Of a stretch of 54,416 nt of DNA, positions 25,847-38,942 are shown one piece after another; the first letter of the stretch is position 1; each line of letters opens with the position of its first letter. The notes under the pieces are model-generated. The model worked only from the letters and a program-made list of their open reading frames with translations, searched no databases and had not been told where the DNA came from. Both the position numbers and the translations under genes were made by a program. This stretch comes from Eledone cirrhosa (lineage: Eukaryota), in the NCBI GenBank assembly GCA_964016885.1, contig CAXHJY010001526.1, forward strand, positions 1-54,416. The letters are read 5' to 3'.

Positions 25847-26413
25847 AAACTAACGTCATAATTTTAAGAACCTTTAAGTTATGTTCGAAATACCATAAAT
25901 GTTGGCTATTTTATTAAATTACTACAAATTCTTTCGCCTTAGCCTCGCTATCACCCTCGGTAACACTGCCAGTGCGTTGGCTTGCCTCAGAAAGTATTAG
26001 AGGGAGGTTTCGCCACATCTTGTCGTGTGGGGGTCGATAAAATAAAGTACCAGTAATGTACTGGATAATTGCTGGCCTTGTGCCAAAAGTAGAAACAATT
26101 ATTTTCTTTCGTTTTGAAATATTTATGTAATTAAGTAATAGAGATATATGTGTGTATGTGTTGAATGAGGAAGTCGGGGGGCATGTTTTTCATAAGAAAT
26201 ATGTTAACGGAAGGGGTAAAGAGGGTGTCATGTAAGGTATTAATTAACAAGGGGTATAATTTGTCAACTAAGGTACGAATTAAGCAGGTGGCCCGTCACT
26301 TAAAAACGTTATTACAGAAAACAGAATTCTATATTGTTATTAGTGGTAGGTATAGTTGAGAGTGTGTGTGGTAGTTGTTTAATGTATGTATGTATAGACC
26401 CGTAACTCCGGGT

Positions 26414-26697
26414 CAGAGGCTTAATTAGGGTATGGCAAGCATGACACGTGCCATAGGCTTCACTTAGACTAGAAGCATTTTCTATTAAATTCAGATAAGC
26501 TATCGTTGGAGAGTGAAAAAATAAACTTCTTCAGATGTATAATCTGTCGTTGATTATCATGGGTGAGTAGCTCTATAGTGTCTGGATCATTAAACCATTT
26601 ATATAAATTATTAGGTCCATAGTTAAAAATACAATGCTGGGAAGGGGCGCAATTTTACTGCTTGCCATAGGCGCCTTTTCCCCTAGTCACGCCTCTG
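26414..26697. mobile_element. hAT-like MITE
   Basis: CAGAGGCTTAATTAGGG ... CCCTAGTCACGCCTCTG terminal inverted repeats. Confidence 0.55.
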
Positions 26698-28389
26698 CTA
26701 CTTGTAGAGTCGTAGGGGCGCCGTAGTTACATGGTGTTTCTTGGACATTTTAAACCTGGCGAATTCCTTCCCCTCTCCATTTTTGATCATAACCGATTTC
26801 TTCTAGAGAAGGAGAGATGGGAGTAAGAAAGATATAGAGAAAGAATCGACCTCAATACTGGACTAGTACTTTATTTATCAACCCCCAAAGGATGAAAAAC
26901 AGAGTTCACCTCGGCGGGATTTAAACCTAGCGCACGGAGAGTCGGAACGAATACCGCAAGTCATTCTGTCCATTTGTTTAATACATATTTCATATCGAAG
27001 GAAATATACTTCTGCATTCAGTGATAACATTAATATTTTGACTTGTATATTTATCAGAATTTGGCTATTCACATGGCAGAACACACACTCACACCTACAC
27101 ACCTAGCCACCAACTTAACTACCTATCTATATAAAGAAAGATATCTATATACCAGGAGGTATACAGGATTAATCATGCATGGGGGCCTCTCGTTGAAAAT
27201 TATGGTGGTGCTTTTATATAAATTTAAATGGCTGAAAGGTGCTTATCTGTAACTCCGAGGGTCTCCCCACCCGGGCTCCGTTTTCGGAGAAAAAGGAATC
27301 TTGGCTAGTTAGTCGGATGTCAGAGCGGTCTAAAACAAACGAAAAAAAAAATGAAACTAGGAAAGAAAACAAATTCCCACCGAAGAAATCTCCGATGTTG
27401 AGAAAATCCGAGCCCCCCAATTCTATTTTCGGAAAAAGTCGATTGCGAGCATGTCATAAGTTATATTTGTTGAAAACACATGAAATAAAAAAATAAAAAA
27501 TAATGAAAATTTCTTAGTGAACCCCAACGGGACCTTTTCTATAAATTTAACAAATATTTCTAACAGAACTGGAGACTGGTGTTTCATTGAAAATTTACCG
27601 AATATTGGAGTGGGGTTAAAATACTACTTTAGCCATATTAAACAAGTGTTTAGAACATAACTTGACGAAAGCTTCTTTAATAAAATCCTGATAGAAGGTT
27701 TAGATTTGAACGTAAACACTTTTAAGATTGACAGTTTTTGTTTCAATAGAACCAGGGGTTGTTTTGAGTGAGTTGGTCTCAAAACGGAGATATATTTGAC
27801 TGTTATTTTTAGCAAAACGAGTGATTGATCATCTAAAAATTGGTTTATTTTACCGGTGTCTACACATATATACATACCGGTGTCTACATATATATATCCG
27901 TACACGGTAGTCAGTTCTAATTGGCCTGTTCACACTGCTGCGCTGTGTATATTTAGCTGGGAAGGTAGATATTTTTTTTGTATATATTATGATTACGGCA
28001 AGCTTAACGAAGTCCAGCTAATACCTTAGAATTTTATTGTGAATAGATTATATAAGCTCATTTTCTTTTATCGTAACACTTTTATTGTACAGTTATAAAT
28101 GAGAATTTTTTTTAAATATCAATAGTTTGTTTTATTTGTCCCCAGGGTCAGGTACAACTGACTAACTGCATGAAATACAATTTAGAATACGTTGACACAA
28201 TTTACGTTGGGATAAGTGGGTGTGTGTCTGTTTTGCTCTCTCTCTGTATGTATGTATATATATACACACACACACAAAAATGTACGTGTCTATATCTAAG
28301 AGCAAATAGGACCATCAAACATCTAAATCTGAACGTTGATATAAATAAAACAAATACAAAGTAATCACTGAATGCCCCTATACGTAAAT

Positions 28390-28600
28390 AATGATTTCTA
28401 CCATAGGCACAAGGCCAGCAATTTGGGGGGCGGGGAAAGTCGATTAAATCAACCCCAGTGCGTTACTGGTACTTTATTTTATCGACCTCATAATGATGAA
28501 AGGCAAAGCTAACCTGGGCCGGATTTGAACCAGACCATAAGAACCGTGACTCTATACTGCAAAGCATGGTGTCCGACGCTCTGCTGATTCTGCCAATCCA
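28390..28600 (-). mobile_element. SINE family 1
   Basis: Reverse-complement copy. Confidence 0.8.
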
Positions 28601-28689
28601 CTCCGAAAACAAAGCCAACAATAAACAAAATACCCAGGGGAATAAGACCATTGAATGCCAATCTCATAACTAATATACTCATTAAAACA

Positions 28690-28800
28690 AAGCCTGGCGA
28701 ATCTCGCGAGGGCGCTTGGCTGTTCCAGCGCATTAGCCTCGCCATCACCTGAGGCAACGCTGCGTGTGTGCTGGTTGGCCTCAAAAGTCATTAGAGAAGT
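28690..28800 (+). mobile_element. CRE-like (RLE endonuclease) retrotransposon 3' fragment
   Basis: ESREGAWLFQRISLAIT*GNAACVL; related piece at ~25935..26000. Confidence 0.6.
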
Positions 28801-29982
28801 CGCCCAGTACCCCTCGCTGCTGTCTTTTGCTCTGGTGTTGGCTCGGTTGTTCACCCCTTCCTTTACATTTCCTTTACTGTTTTAAACTAGGATTTGTTTG
28901 TTTGTTTTTTTAGTACTGTTTGGTATTCCTTCTTAAGTTTCCACAGTTTTTTTCCCTCTCTTCTTTTATTTAAACATTGCCTTTCTCCCATCCCATAAAT
29001 CTTTTCCTTACTTTCGTTATTTAATTTTTTTCCCTCTTTCTTTTTCTTTTTGTTATTGCAAACATTATATAACCGAATTGAAATTTGTCGAGTTACGAAC
29101 TAAATGCTTATACTAGATCCTAAGCATCCTCCAAAATGCCAACCTCAGATATCCATATTTCCTGATTCATACTCCATAAACTCAACCACCAAGCCACTCT
29201 AAAAACCAGTATATATATTGTGTGTGTGTATGTTTTAGTTCTAAGGAAGAGGCTGTGTCCATTACCCTCACGGGCCCTCCAAGACTGATGAAATTGATGT
29301 TGTAACCATTCCGTTTAAACTGCTGCTAGTTGATATCTCCACAAAAAAAAGGTAAATCCAGAGGGCTGAATACGTGGCTTGGAGTAAAGGACACAATTTG
29401 CTGGTTACTGCTTCTATACAAAAGATAAGATGGTTTCAGACCTTGTGAGAGATCTCTACCAGAGAGCTCAGATACCAGGATATCATAGCAAGAGACATTG
29501 GAATTGATGAGGATGACCTACAAACCTTGATGGGAAACAGACTGCTGGTGTGAAGTTGTGCTTTCTCTCTCACCTAAGGGCAATGGATAAGGATACATAA
29601 TATGGGTGATGAGTAAATGAGCGACATGTAAGTTGGCATGGCATGCGACCAGCCATCTCCGAGGAACAGGTCATTGTAGTGACAATATAAAGAGTGACAG
29701 GAGACTGTATCTGTGGGCCAGTGACTTCATGCTTATCAATTATCTGCTCTTTCTCTGGATGAGGTTTCTATAATGTGTGTGTGTGTGTGGTACTATGCTA
29801 GATGTGGGATTCATTTGAGCTTTGTAGAAGGTTAATGGGGGCTGAAGTATTTTCTGGTGCTGAAAAGGAAGGCTAATTTTTTAGATGCAGTCTTAAATTT
29901 CTAATTAAATACACTCTATTTCAATTAATCAATGAAGAATTTTGATATAGTTACTACAATTATTATTTCATTGCCAAGATAG

Positions 29983-30670
29983 TTATTGTGGCCAGAGTGT
30001 CCACTGTATACCATTGTTCCTGTGTGTTGTAGTGGTTTTCATTATCCAGTCAATTACCAGGAGGAAAAGGAACGGTGACAGCAAGCACCCCTGACAAACT
30101 CTGGTCTTCACCTTGAGACGCTCTGACAGTTGGCTAGTGTGGGTGATCTTACAGCTCATGTCCTGATAAGTGCACCAGATAGGGGACATTTTGCTGATGA
30201 CCTGACATTCTTGTCACACAGTTACAACCAGATACAGGACAAGACCTCGTGCTTAGAGACCATGTTAGCCAGGACTGAGCTCAAGATAAACAAGAAGAAA
30301 ACTGACATCTTCAAATCTTGTCTGAGGCACATCTACAACATCAAATGGCCAGAGAAGATCAGAAATTAAGATCTGTGGGAGCAAGCAGGACAGGAACCAG
30401 GTTCAAAGCAGATTCTGCAGGAAATGGAGCTGGATTGGTCATACCCTCTGGAAACCAGCATCCAACACCATATGCCAAGCCCTGACCTGGAACCTGCAGG
30501 GTAAGAGGAAGAGGGGCCAGTCCTGCAGCAACTATAGGTGTGACACTGAGGCTGAATTAAGAAAACTGGAAGCCAACTGGAGTGGAGTGGCAAGAGCAGC
30601 CTAGGATCATGTACGGTGGTGGAGGGTCGTCAAGGGCCTATGCTCCACAGAGAGCGATAGACTGAATGAC
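29983..30670. mobile_element. RTE-type LINE fragment with 5' inversion
   Basis: Minus part VCQGCLLSPFLFLLVIDWIMK; plus part FADDL..LSH, CLRHIYNIKWPEKI, WIGHTL. Confidence 0.75.
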
Positions 30671-31592
30671 CAAGATAGTAACTTAACATATGGTCCACCT
30701 CCTCTTCTCACTATTCCCGGGAGGGTTGTGGAGGCAGAGTCCTCAAGCATGCTTTTCAGTGGGTCCTGTCAGAAGCAACAAATCTCCACTTGATCCGACT
30801 GGATCCACAAGTGAACCTGCAGAGCTCATGGGTGTTATACAACCATCTTGCTCAGGTTCTACCCCTGGGTCTCCTGCTGGTTGGTTGGTTTTGCCTATAA
30901 AATCTGTCCAACGATTCTTTCCTGAGACATTTTAACCTTATGCTTGGAGATTTTAATTTAAATAGGCACCCTTTAAAATGAGTGGGTTAGTTTTATAGAA
31001 TCAGTGCTGGTTTTGGTTTGGTTGGTTTCAAAAGGGTTAAAGATGTGAATCTACCAATTGAGATCTTCAGTAATAGTGAGACGTAACGTTTGAAGCTATA
31101 TCCCTCCATGGGCTCTAGTTGTTGATAATTAAACCCCCTCATTATCAAATTTCTAATGAAATAATACTGTTGATTTTCAAATAATATTGAAAATAATCAA
31201 GTATTTGCAGGGATTTAGTGATATAAATTTCTCATTATCAAGCTTGTTTTTGGAACATAACACATTTCTTGTATAGAATTATGATAGATGGTTTGTAGAA
31301 AAATATATATACTTTAAAATGAACTGTTTTGTATCACTGAACTAGGGGCTGCTTCAGATGGTATGGTGTCAATAGGGTTAAGTGCAATAGCATTTATTTT
31401 TATATAAGCAGCAATTGTGATTTATAGTGTGATTTATGTGTATACCTCAAACATACTCTAAATATAATTTTTTGACAGAATCTACTTATCTGTCAAACTA
31501 TCTATGATAGTTATCTATTTAATTGTCTGTCCGTCTGTCTGCCTGTCAGGCAGACTATCTATCTATTTATTTATCCCTCAAACTGTCTATCA

Positions 31593-31760
31593 CAGGCATG
31601 TCAAAGTGAGGGTCCCCCGAGGGCCACACACAACTAATTGCACACATTAAAACACATTTTTTAAATTTTATATTATGAAGATAAAAACATGCTCGTGCTG
31701 TAAAAACCGTTGTGCAGGCTGCATGTGTGCTTGTAAAGGGCCGCATGTTTGACATGTCTG
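31593..31760. mobile_element. hAT (Charlie-like) MITE
   Basis: CAGGCATGTCAAA / TTTGACATGTCTG terminal repeats; imperfect 8-bp TSD GTCTATCA / ATCTATGA. Confidence 0.7.
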
Positions 31761-32079
31761 ATCTATGATATCTATCTATCTATCCCTGTCTGTCTATCTG
31801 CTTGTCAGTCAGTCAGACTATCTATCTGTCAGTCTGTCAGACTATCTAGCTAATCTATCTGTCTGTCAGATTATCTATCTAATCTATGTCTAGTCATCTT
31901 TTTATTTTTATTAGCATGATCTTATATGAAGCTGTTTTCAATGTTGCTGTTCATGGAGTCATTGCAGATTTGGTGAGCGGTATTTTAAGATGCATGTGGA
32001 TCCTGCTTGGGTACTGGAAGTTAGGGAAAAATAAAGGGATAGTGGGTATTGTAGGAGATAAGGATAAGTAGGTTGTTGA

Positions 32080-32410
32080 TATCATCATTATCATCATTTT
32101 TATGTCCATTTTTGCAAGCTTGCATTGGTGGGACAGGTCCTTTTTAGCACAGCATCTCTCCACTCACCGCGTTCCTTCATCAACTCTGTTATTTAAGATC
32201 AGCTCTCACCACCTCTACCCTAATCTTCCTTGGTCTACTGAGGCTTTCTTCCACTGGGTCTTCCTGGCATTTCTTCACCCAGTGATCATCATCCATGCAC
32301 ATCACATGTCCATACCAACATAGCCTCTTTTCTTGCTCACCACTTTGGATTCTTCTTAAACCCTGTTTCTCCCTCAGTTCATCTAAGCTCTGCTGTTTTC
32401 TCACATTTAC
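32080..32410 (-). mobile_element. Older RTE 3' fragment
   Basis: KRLCWYGHVMCMDDDHWVKKC; (ATC)n tail. Confidence 0.75.
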
Positions 32411-32423
32411 ATTGGGATCATAA

Positions 32424-35135
32424 CAGGTTTTTACCGTGTTACCTACACGGCCACATTACAGTGTGGACTGTGTGTTTTTTTGTCGTGACACCTACACAAC
32501 CTCATTAGTTTGGACTGGATGTTGGTGGGAGTGAGCGGATGGAGTAGGGGTAGTGGGTTGGGGTCTATATTTTGTTAAGAGGTGCCTACTGACTGTAGCT
32601 TTCGCTTTGTACATAAGCAAGGCAGGTCTTCTGTATTACTGTGTGGTGCCAAAGATCTCGGTCCAGTGACATTGTCTTAGAGAGGTGCAAGTGTGTAAGG
32701 TCGGAATTTATCAAATCGTCCAAGGTTTTTCTGGGTCTGCCTACTCCGTAACTTCCATCAATTTTGATTGCCCTGCACTTTTTTATACAGCTGTCGTCTT
32801 TCATGCGGATCACGTGACCATACCAACGTAGTCTTCTCTCAAGTAAACAGCATCTGATCCCTCTTATTCCTAATTTCTCACTTAGTTCATTTATGTTTTG
32901 CCGTTCACGTATATTACTATTACACATCCAACAGAGCATGCATGCTTCTTTCCTTTCCATTCTGCGCAGGTCCTCTGCACGCAATGCCCATGTCTCACTG
33001 CCATGTAACATTGCTGTTCGTATATAATCTGCCTTTCATTTTAGAGAGAAACCTTTTGTGGCCAACAGCGGTATAATCTCTCTGAACTTTTTCCATCCGC
33101 TCTGACTCTGGCTACTGTACTTTCAGAGCACCCTCCACCACTGTTGATTTTGTCACTCAGGTAACGGAAGGACAGAGCCTTGATGAACACCAACTTTTAC
33201 GCTAAATACTATATTCATTGTTAATTCTAACCTTGCTGACTGTTTCTTTATACATGGCTTGTATAACTCTCGCAAGCCATTCATCTACACCTAATTTTCT
33301 AAGAGCCCACTAGATAATGGAACGGGGGACTCTGTCAAAGGCTTTCTCCAAGTCAACAAAAGCTAAGTAGAGGGGTTTACTTTTAGCTAGGTACTTCTCT
33401 TGTCGTTGCCGTACAAGGAAAAGACCCAAACTACATTTCATCTAGATGAATTCGCTCTCTGATTAGTTGTGCTATAACTCTTTCTGTGACATTCATGACC
33501 TGGTCAACTAACTTAATGCCTCTATAGTTTCCCCTATCTAGAGCATCTCCTTTACCCCTGTAGCAGTTAACGATGATGCTGCTACGCCAGTCTTTTGGTA
33601 TGACCCCATTCTGTTTTACTTGGTTTACTATCCGGGTGACCATAGTATGTTCCACCATTCCAGATGCTTTCAACATCTCAACAACTATCTCCGAAGGCCC
33701 AGCTGCCTTGCCTGTCTTCATATCTTTGATTGCCTTACTTATTATACTACCGTTAACTTGCACAGCTGGTCTCTCTATTGGACCGATTTGGGGCAGACTA
33801 TCTTTTTCCCATTTATTCTCCTCATTTAGTAGTCTCTCGTAGTGACACTTCCAAGCTACTTTCTTATCAGTATCAGTGAGGGCAAGTCCACCATCATCAT
33901 TACAGACACACTTCTGCCCGACAATATCACGGTTTTCCTTGACACATTGTCTTGCAATCCTGAACACCTCACGTCTTTGGGCCTCCCGTTGTAGAACATG
34001 CTTGAACTTTCTATCCTCTGCTTCCCTTCTTGCAAAGTACACTTGTCTCCTTGCTTCTCTCCTGGCCACTTGATAGTTTTCTCTACTTTCCCCATCCCAC
34101 CATACTTTCCAAGCCTGCTTTTTGGCCCTGATTGTCTCCTCCACCTTACTATTCCACCGCCATGTTACTCTCCTCCTGCCTATAGGTCTGCTCCAGCCAC
34201 AGATTTCATCTGTCACCTTCAGCAGGTTAACTTTCAAGAATTACCACTGTTCCTCTATATTGTATGACTCTAATTGCTCTTCTTTACTGTCAAAAGCATC
34301 AAGTAATATGCTTTTAAATTTGTTACTGGCTGTGGGGTCCTTCAACTTCCATATTCTTCTCATAGTACTACTCCTTTCATCGAGTACATCTAGTCCTGAC
34401 TTTGAGGTCACTAACTATGAGGCTATGTTGGGAGGTGCATTCTTCACGGGAGAGGGATTTAGTGTTTACAAGAGACACTGTCACGTCTTCTAGTAAGGAT
34501 ATAATCTATCTGGCTGGTGTGTTCCCCTGATTTATAGGTTTAAGTGATTGTCTCGTTTTTTGAAGTTTGTGTTACAGATAGTTAGGTTTTTAGCGTCACA
34601 GAATTCCAGGATTCTGAAGCCTTCCTCATTTCTAGTACCAAACCCATAGCCTCCATGGATTCCGTCATAGCTGTCACAATGTCTAACATGACCATTTAGG
34701 TCGCCAGCAATAATTATGCAGTCACTGTTGGTTATTTGGGAGGTAGTGAGCATTAGCAACTCATAGAACCTGTCTTTTATAACGTCAGGTAGGCCAGATT
34801 GGGGTGCATATTATTGTCACAGTAGTTCTATTTAGGACTAGTCTTATTTTAATTATTCTGTCGTTCACGCTATTTACGTCAATTACCTTATCTACCTATT
34901 TTTCTGCTAACATAATTCCTACTCCACCCAGCCCATTGTCATTTCCCACCTAGAAAAGTTTATAGCATTGTTTTTTACCCTCAATCAATCTAGCAGACCC
35001 AATCCTCCACCTAGTCTCTTGAACACAACAAACATCAACTTCCTTACATTCAAGCATCTCTACATCCTCATTAGAGCGACCTTTTAAAGTGTCTACATTC
35101 ATGGTACCAACCCTGAAGTTTTGGATTTCGTTGTG
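32424..35135 (-). mobile_element. RTE LINE, decayed, internal deletion at ~33170
   Basis: Endonuclease (VGTMNV, CVQETRW, AGDLNGH), RT N-half (NYRGIKL), then GVHQGSV joined directly to FRYL; YADD and finger are missing. Confidence 0.88.
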
Positions 35136-35179
35136 TAGGTGGGAGGGAGGGGTTGGAGGTGCAGGGAGGGGTGTGGGAA

Positions 35180-35525
35180 ACGGAATTATGTTGGCCATCC
35201 GTGTCTGAAATAAAGAGGAGTCCTTGCATTCTCGTCCGGCAGCGGGAGGTGAATTTATCTTTATCGTTGACATTGTCATTGAGTGTTCAGCTTGTTCAGA
35301 CTCTCCAAATTCTGTAGTCCGTTTAGCATATCGAAAAGTAAGTGTGTGACTGTCCTGGGCTCCGTCAGGGGTAACCACAATAAATAAGGTACTCAATACA
35401 TAGAGTATATACAAGATTTAAAATAGAAATTTCTATATTAAATCATATATATATATATATATATAATGTCTAATATAGAAATGGCTTCTACAGGACTAGA
35501 ACTGTTTCATTCAAAGGAAATCATA
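35180..35525 (-). mobile_element. PLE-like end with partial hammerhead (family of 7117..7279)
   Basis: ATGATTTCCTTTGAATGAAACAGTTCTAGTCCTGTAGAA and GTATTGAGTACCTTA..GTGGTTACC shared. Confidence 0.55.
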
Positions 35526-35834
35526 TCTATATAATAAGTATTTAGATCAATATACAATGATTTTAATCTCGTTGTTTATAATTTTATATATATATAAATA
35601 TATACGGGATAACAGATTATTGTTATAGGTAGTCCACTTAGATGTAGTCCAGTTAGGGTACTCCGAGTAGTGGATAGTATCAACGCTTGGCTAAGTTTGA
35701 CTCAACAATGTTGCATAGTGATGTTGCGAAACAGGCGGGTAGCGATCTCTAGACCTACCAGTTCAGAGAAACAATTGTCAGCAATGTGATTAAAGCCCTT
35801 ATTGTATAGCAAACCGTGTCACTCTCCTTTCTTG

Positions 35835-35880
<46 letters not shown>

Positions 35881-36194
35881 GTCTGTGTATATGTATGTAT
35901 TTATACGCATGTGTGTGTACGTTTGTATGCCCATCTGTGTGTGTCTATGTGATAATAATTGTTTCTACTTTAGGCACAAGGCCAGCAATAATAATGATGA
36001 TAATTCAATTAGCCGATTAATTCGATAGATCACTTCTCTTCTCTTCTCTTCCCTTCCACAAACAACAAAACAAAACAAAAAAAACAACAATAACTGATGG
36101 GCTTGGGGCTTTTATGTACTTTTAAATTAGTCAGCCTCATGTGTTCTGTGAGGAAGGAGGGGCAGAGAAAGAAAGAAAATATATATATATATAT

Positions 36195-36397
36195 ATAGGA
36201 ACGAGTAGGACCCCGACGGCTGAGCTCAAGCCGTTTCGACGGCTAATTCTGGACTTTTTAGTCCAGAATTAGCCGTCGAAACGGCTTGAGCTCAATCGTC
36301 GGGGTCCTACTTGTTCCTATTACCCACTCTACTACCCTAAGTATTGAGTACTTTGGTGCGTTATGGTCCATCTGGTTCCTTACCACATTTCTTTCGT

Positions 36398-36398
<1 letters not shown>
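36195..36398 (+). mobile_element. Fold-back element: 61-bp-arm hairpin plus tail, inside TA repeat
   Basis: Arms 36195..36255 / 36260..36320, TTTT loop, 3 non-Watson-Crick positions; tail homologous to 14341..14420. Confidence 0.7.
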
Positions 36399-36431
<33 letters not shown>

Positions 36432-37298
36432 TAGGTAAGTGAATGAGAGAAAAAAAGAAAGAAAACTCTCTCTCTGCTGAGAGAGAGAGAAAATTGGTTT
36501 TAGCTGGTCTTCTGTTGAAATAAATGTTGCCTCCAGTTATTCACAAAATATCAATACAATCTTTGGCTTCCCGGCAATTGTCTACTTGTATTTAAGTAGG
36601 ATGTCAGAATCTTTCTTATTCTTTTATTCTTTTACTGGTTTCACTCTTTTGACTGCCACGACCATGCTCTGGCACCAACTTGACCTTTTCGTTACCGTAT
36701 TTCTAATGAAAGATATATTTCTTTATTAGCCACAAGGGTGCAAAAGAAAAGACACTGCCTGTAATTTTCAATTAATTAAAAAAATAATAAAGCATTTGGA
36801 AGGGTTTAGTTAATATGATTTAACTTTTTGTTGTGAAGCTGGTGTTTGGAACATAGCTTAACAAATGTACTTACATATAAACACAGGGGTTTTTTTTTTT
36901 AGATTTCTATGAACAGCTTAGCCTTGTATAACTGGAGGTAGTTTCAGATGATTTGGTGGAAGGGTTAAATAATTTTTCATGCCTTCCCTTTTTTATGTTT
37001 TTAGCAATGGAGGAAGTTGTTCTGAAAGCATAGTAATCAAAATAAGAAAAGGATGGATAAGTTTAGTGACCAAAAAGTCGATGGTAGAAGGAAGGGGTCT
37101 GCTTATATTCAGGGTCAATATTTTGACAATTTTCACCAACTTCAAATTATATGTAAATAAGGTTTGGATTTTTGCCCATTTCTCAGACATAAAATAGTGG
37201 GGTCGGCTTATACTCGTTCAGCTTATCTTCGAGTATACGTATATGGTACTTCTGTTAGTAATAAAGTGGTTTTCTTTCCAAATGAAGGGTAGATTATA

Positions 37299-37487
37299 TA
37301 ATTGTTTCTACATTTGGCACAAGGCCAGCAATTACCCAGTACATTACTGGTACTTTATTTTATCGACCCCGTATGAATGAAAGGCAAAGTTGACCTCAGC
37401 GGGATTTGAACTCAGATCGTAAAGGGACGTAACTATGCTGGAAAGCATGGCGTCCGACCCTCTACCTATACTGCCAATCCACCGCCC
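37299..37487 (-). mobile_element. SINE family 1 with TSD
   Basis: TSD GGGTAGATTATAT. Confidence 0.9.
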
Positions 37488-37513
37488 TGGGTAGATTATA
37501 TGACTGCATATCA

Positions 37514-37695
37514 GGTGGATTGGCAGTATCGGGTAGAGGGTCAGATGTCATGCTTTGACGCATAGTTACGGCCCTTGCCATTCTGAGTTCAAATCCCGCT
37601 AGGTTAACTTTGCCTTTCATCCTTACGGGGTCAATAAAATAAAGTACCAGTAATGCACTGGGTAATTGCTGGCCTTGTGCCTAAAGTAGAAACAA
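37514..37695 (+). mobile_element. SINE family 1
   Basis: Full copy, head-to-head with the previous one. Confidence 0.9.
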
Positions 37696-37744
37696 TATAA
37701 TATCAATATAATGTTCATGATGTTTTGTACTTTACAGGAAGCAG

Positions 37745-37915
37745 AAATAATTGTTTCTATTTTTTAAGGGAAGTGGATTAAATTGACCCCACTGGTACTT
37801 TATTTTATTAACCCCATAATGATGAAAGTCAAAGTTAATCTCGGCAGGATTTGAACCCAGAATGTAAAGGGCCGTAACTATATGCTGCAAGGCATGTTGT
37901 CCGACGCTCTACTGA
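37745..37915 (-). mobile_element. SINE family 1 (older variant)
   Basis: Central domain and B box. Confidence 0.75.
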
Positions 37916-38445
37916 TTTACTGCTCTAGTAAACAGAAACAATGATTAAAAGACGGACTATTTAAAACTGTAGGGTGTGGTATGCGGGGGCTTAGCTTTTA
38001 CTTCCAGCAGGTTCAGTAATTTGGTGTATTGCAGACTTAGTCAATTAGCTGATGTTAAAACAATAATAATGATGGCTGTGAAAATGATGATAGAGGTGGT
38101 GATACTGCTGATAATGGTGATGGTGTTGGTGGTCATGGAAGTCGTAGTGGTGATAATGGTGGTGCTGCTGCTGATAATAACACAAAGGTGTCTAGCAGTC
38201 TGTGGTTTTGTATTAATGAGGTGTTTTGTTTCGGTATTTTTGTAGTATGTCCCCTGAGTTTGTGGTTCAGAACAATTCTCTCTGTTTGGTTTTATGTGTT
38301 TTCTTTTTAATGATGTGGTCTTCCATTGTATAACCAGGGTGCATTTAGTTCTTATTGTCCATGAAATGTGAGGTTTTTTATTTTCTCTGGGTACTGTTTC
38401 TCATGTATCAGTATGACTAAATTTGTTATTGTATTGTATTGATGA

Positions 38446-38942
38446 AGAGGTTCTCAAAGCTACGTAATATTCACAATGCCCCACTCATATTTTTAGAGAG
38501 ACGTGCCTACACGTAAATTGTAAATAATTGTTTCTACTTTCGGCACAAGGCCAGCAAATTACCCAGTACATTACTGGTACTTTATTTTATCGACCTCGTA
38601 AGGATGAAAGGCAAAGTTAACCTTGGCGGGATTTGAACTCAGATCGTAAAGGGATGTAACTATGTTGGAAAGCATGTCCAACCCTCTACCAATTCTGCCA
38701 ATCCACCGCTATATAATAAACTTGTTAATTTATTTATAATAAATAATATAATATATACTATGTATAAATAAATATTATATATATATATATATATATATTT
38801 ATTTTACTATATTTATATATATATATGTATCATTTGATATTTAAAATGCTATTATATCACCCCCCCCCCCCCCCCCCCCAGCGTCCTCTGGACCTTCTCA
38901 ACGCCCCTTGGGGTGCGGTAGCGTCCACTTTGAGAACCTCTG
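38446..38942. mobile_element. hAT-like MITE containing a SINE (38525..38710)
   Basis: AGAGGTTCTCAAAG / CTTTGAGAACCTCT terminal repeats. Confidence 0.65.

Noticed and set aside
38220-38400. Possible decayed GIY-YIG C-terminus on the minus strand (HISWTIRTK)
   Set aside because: Too degenerate to call by eye.
38438-38470. Hammerhead-like TGATGAAGAG..CTCAAAG
   Set aside because: Better explained as the left terminal repeat of the MITE ending at ~38942.
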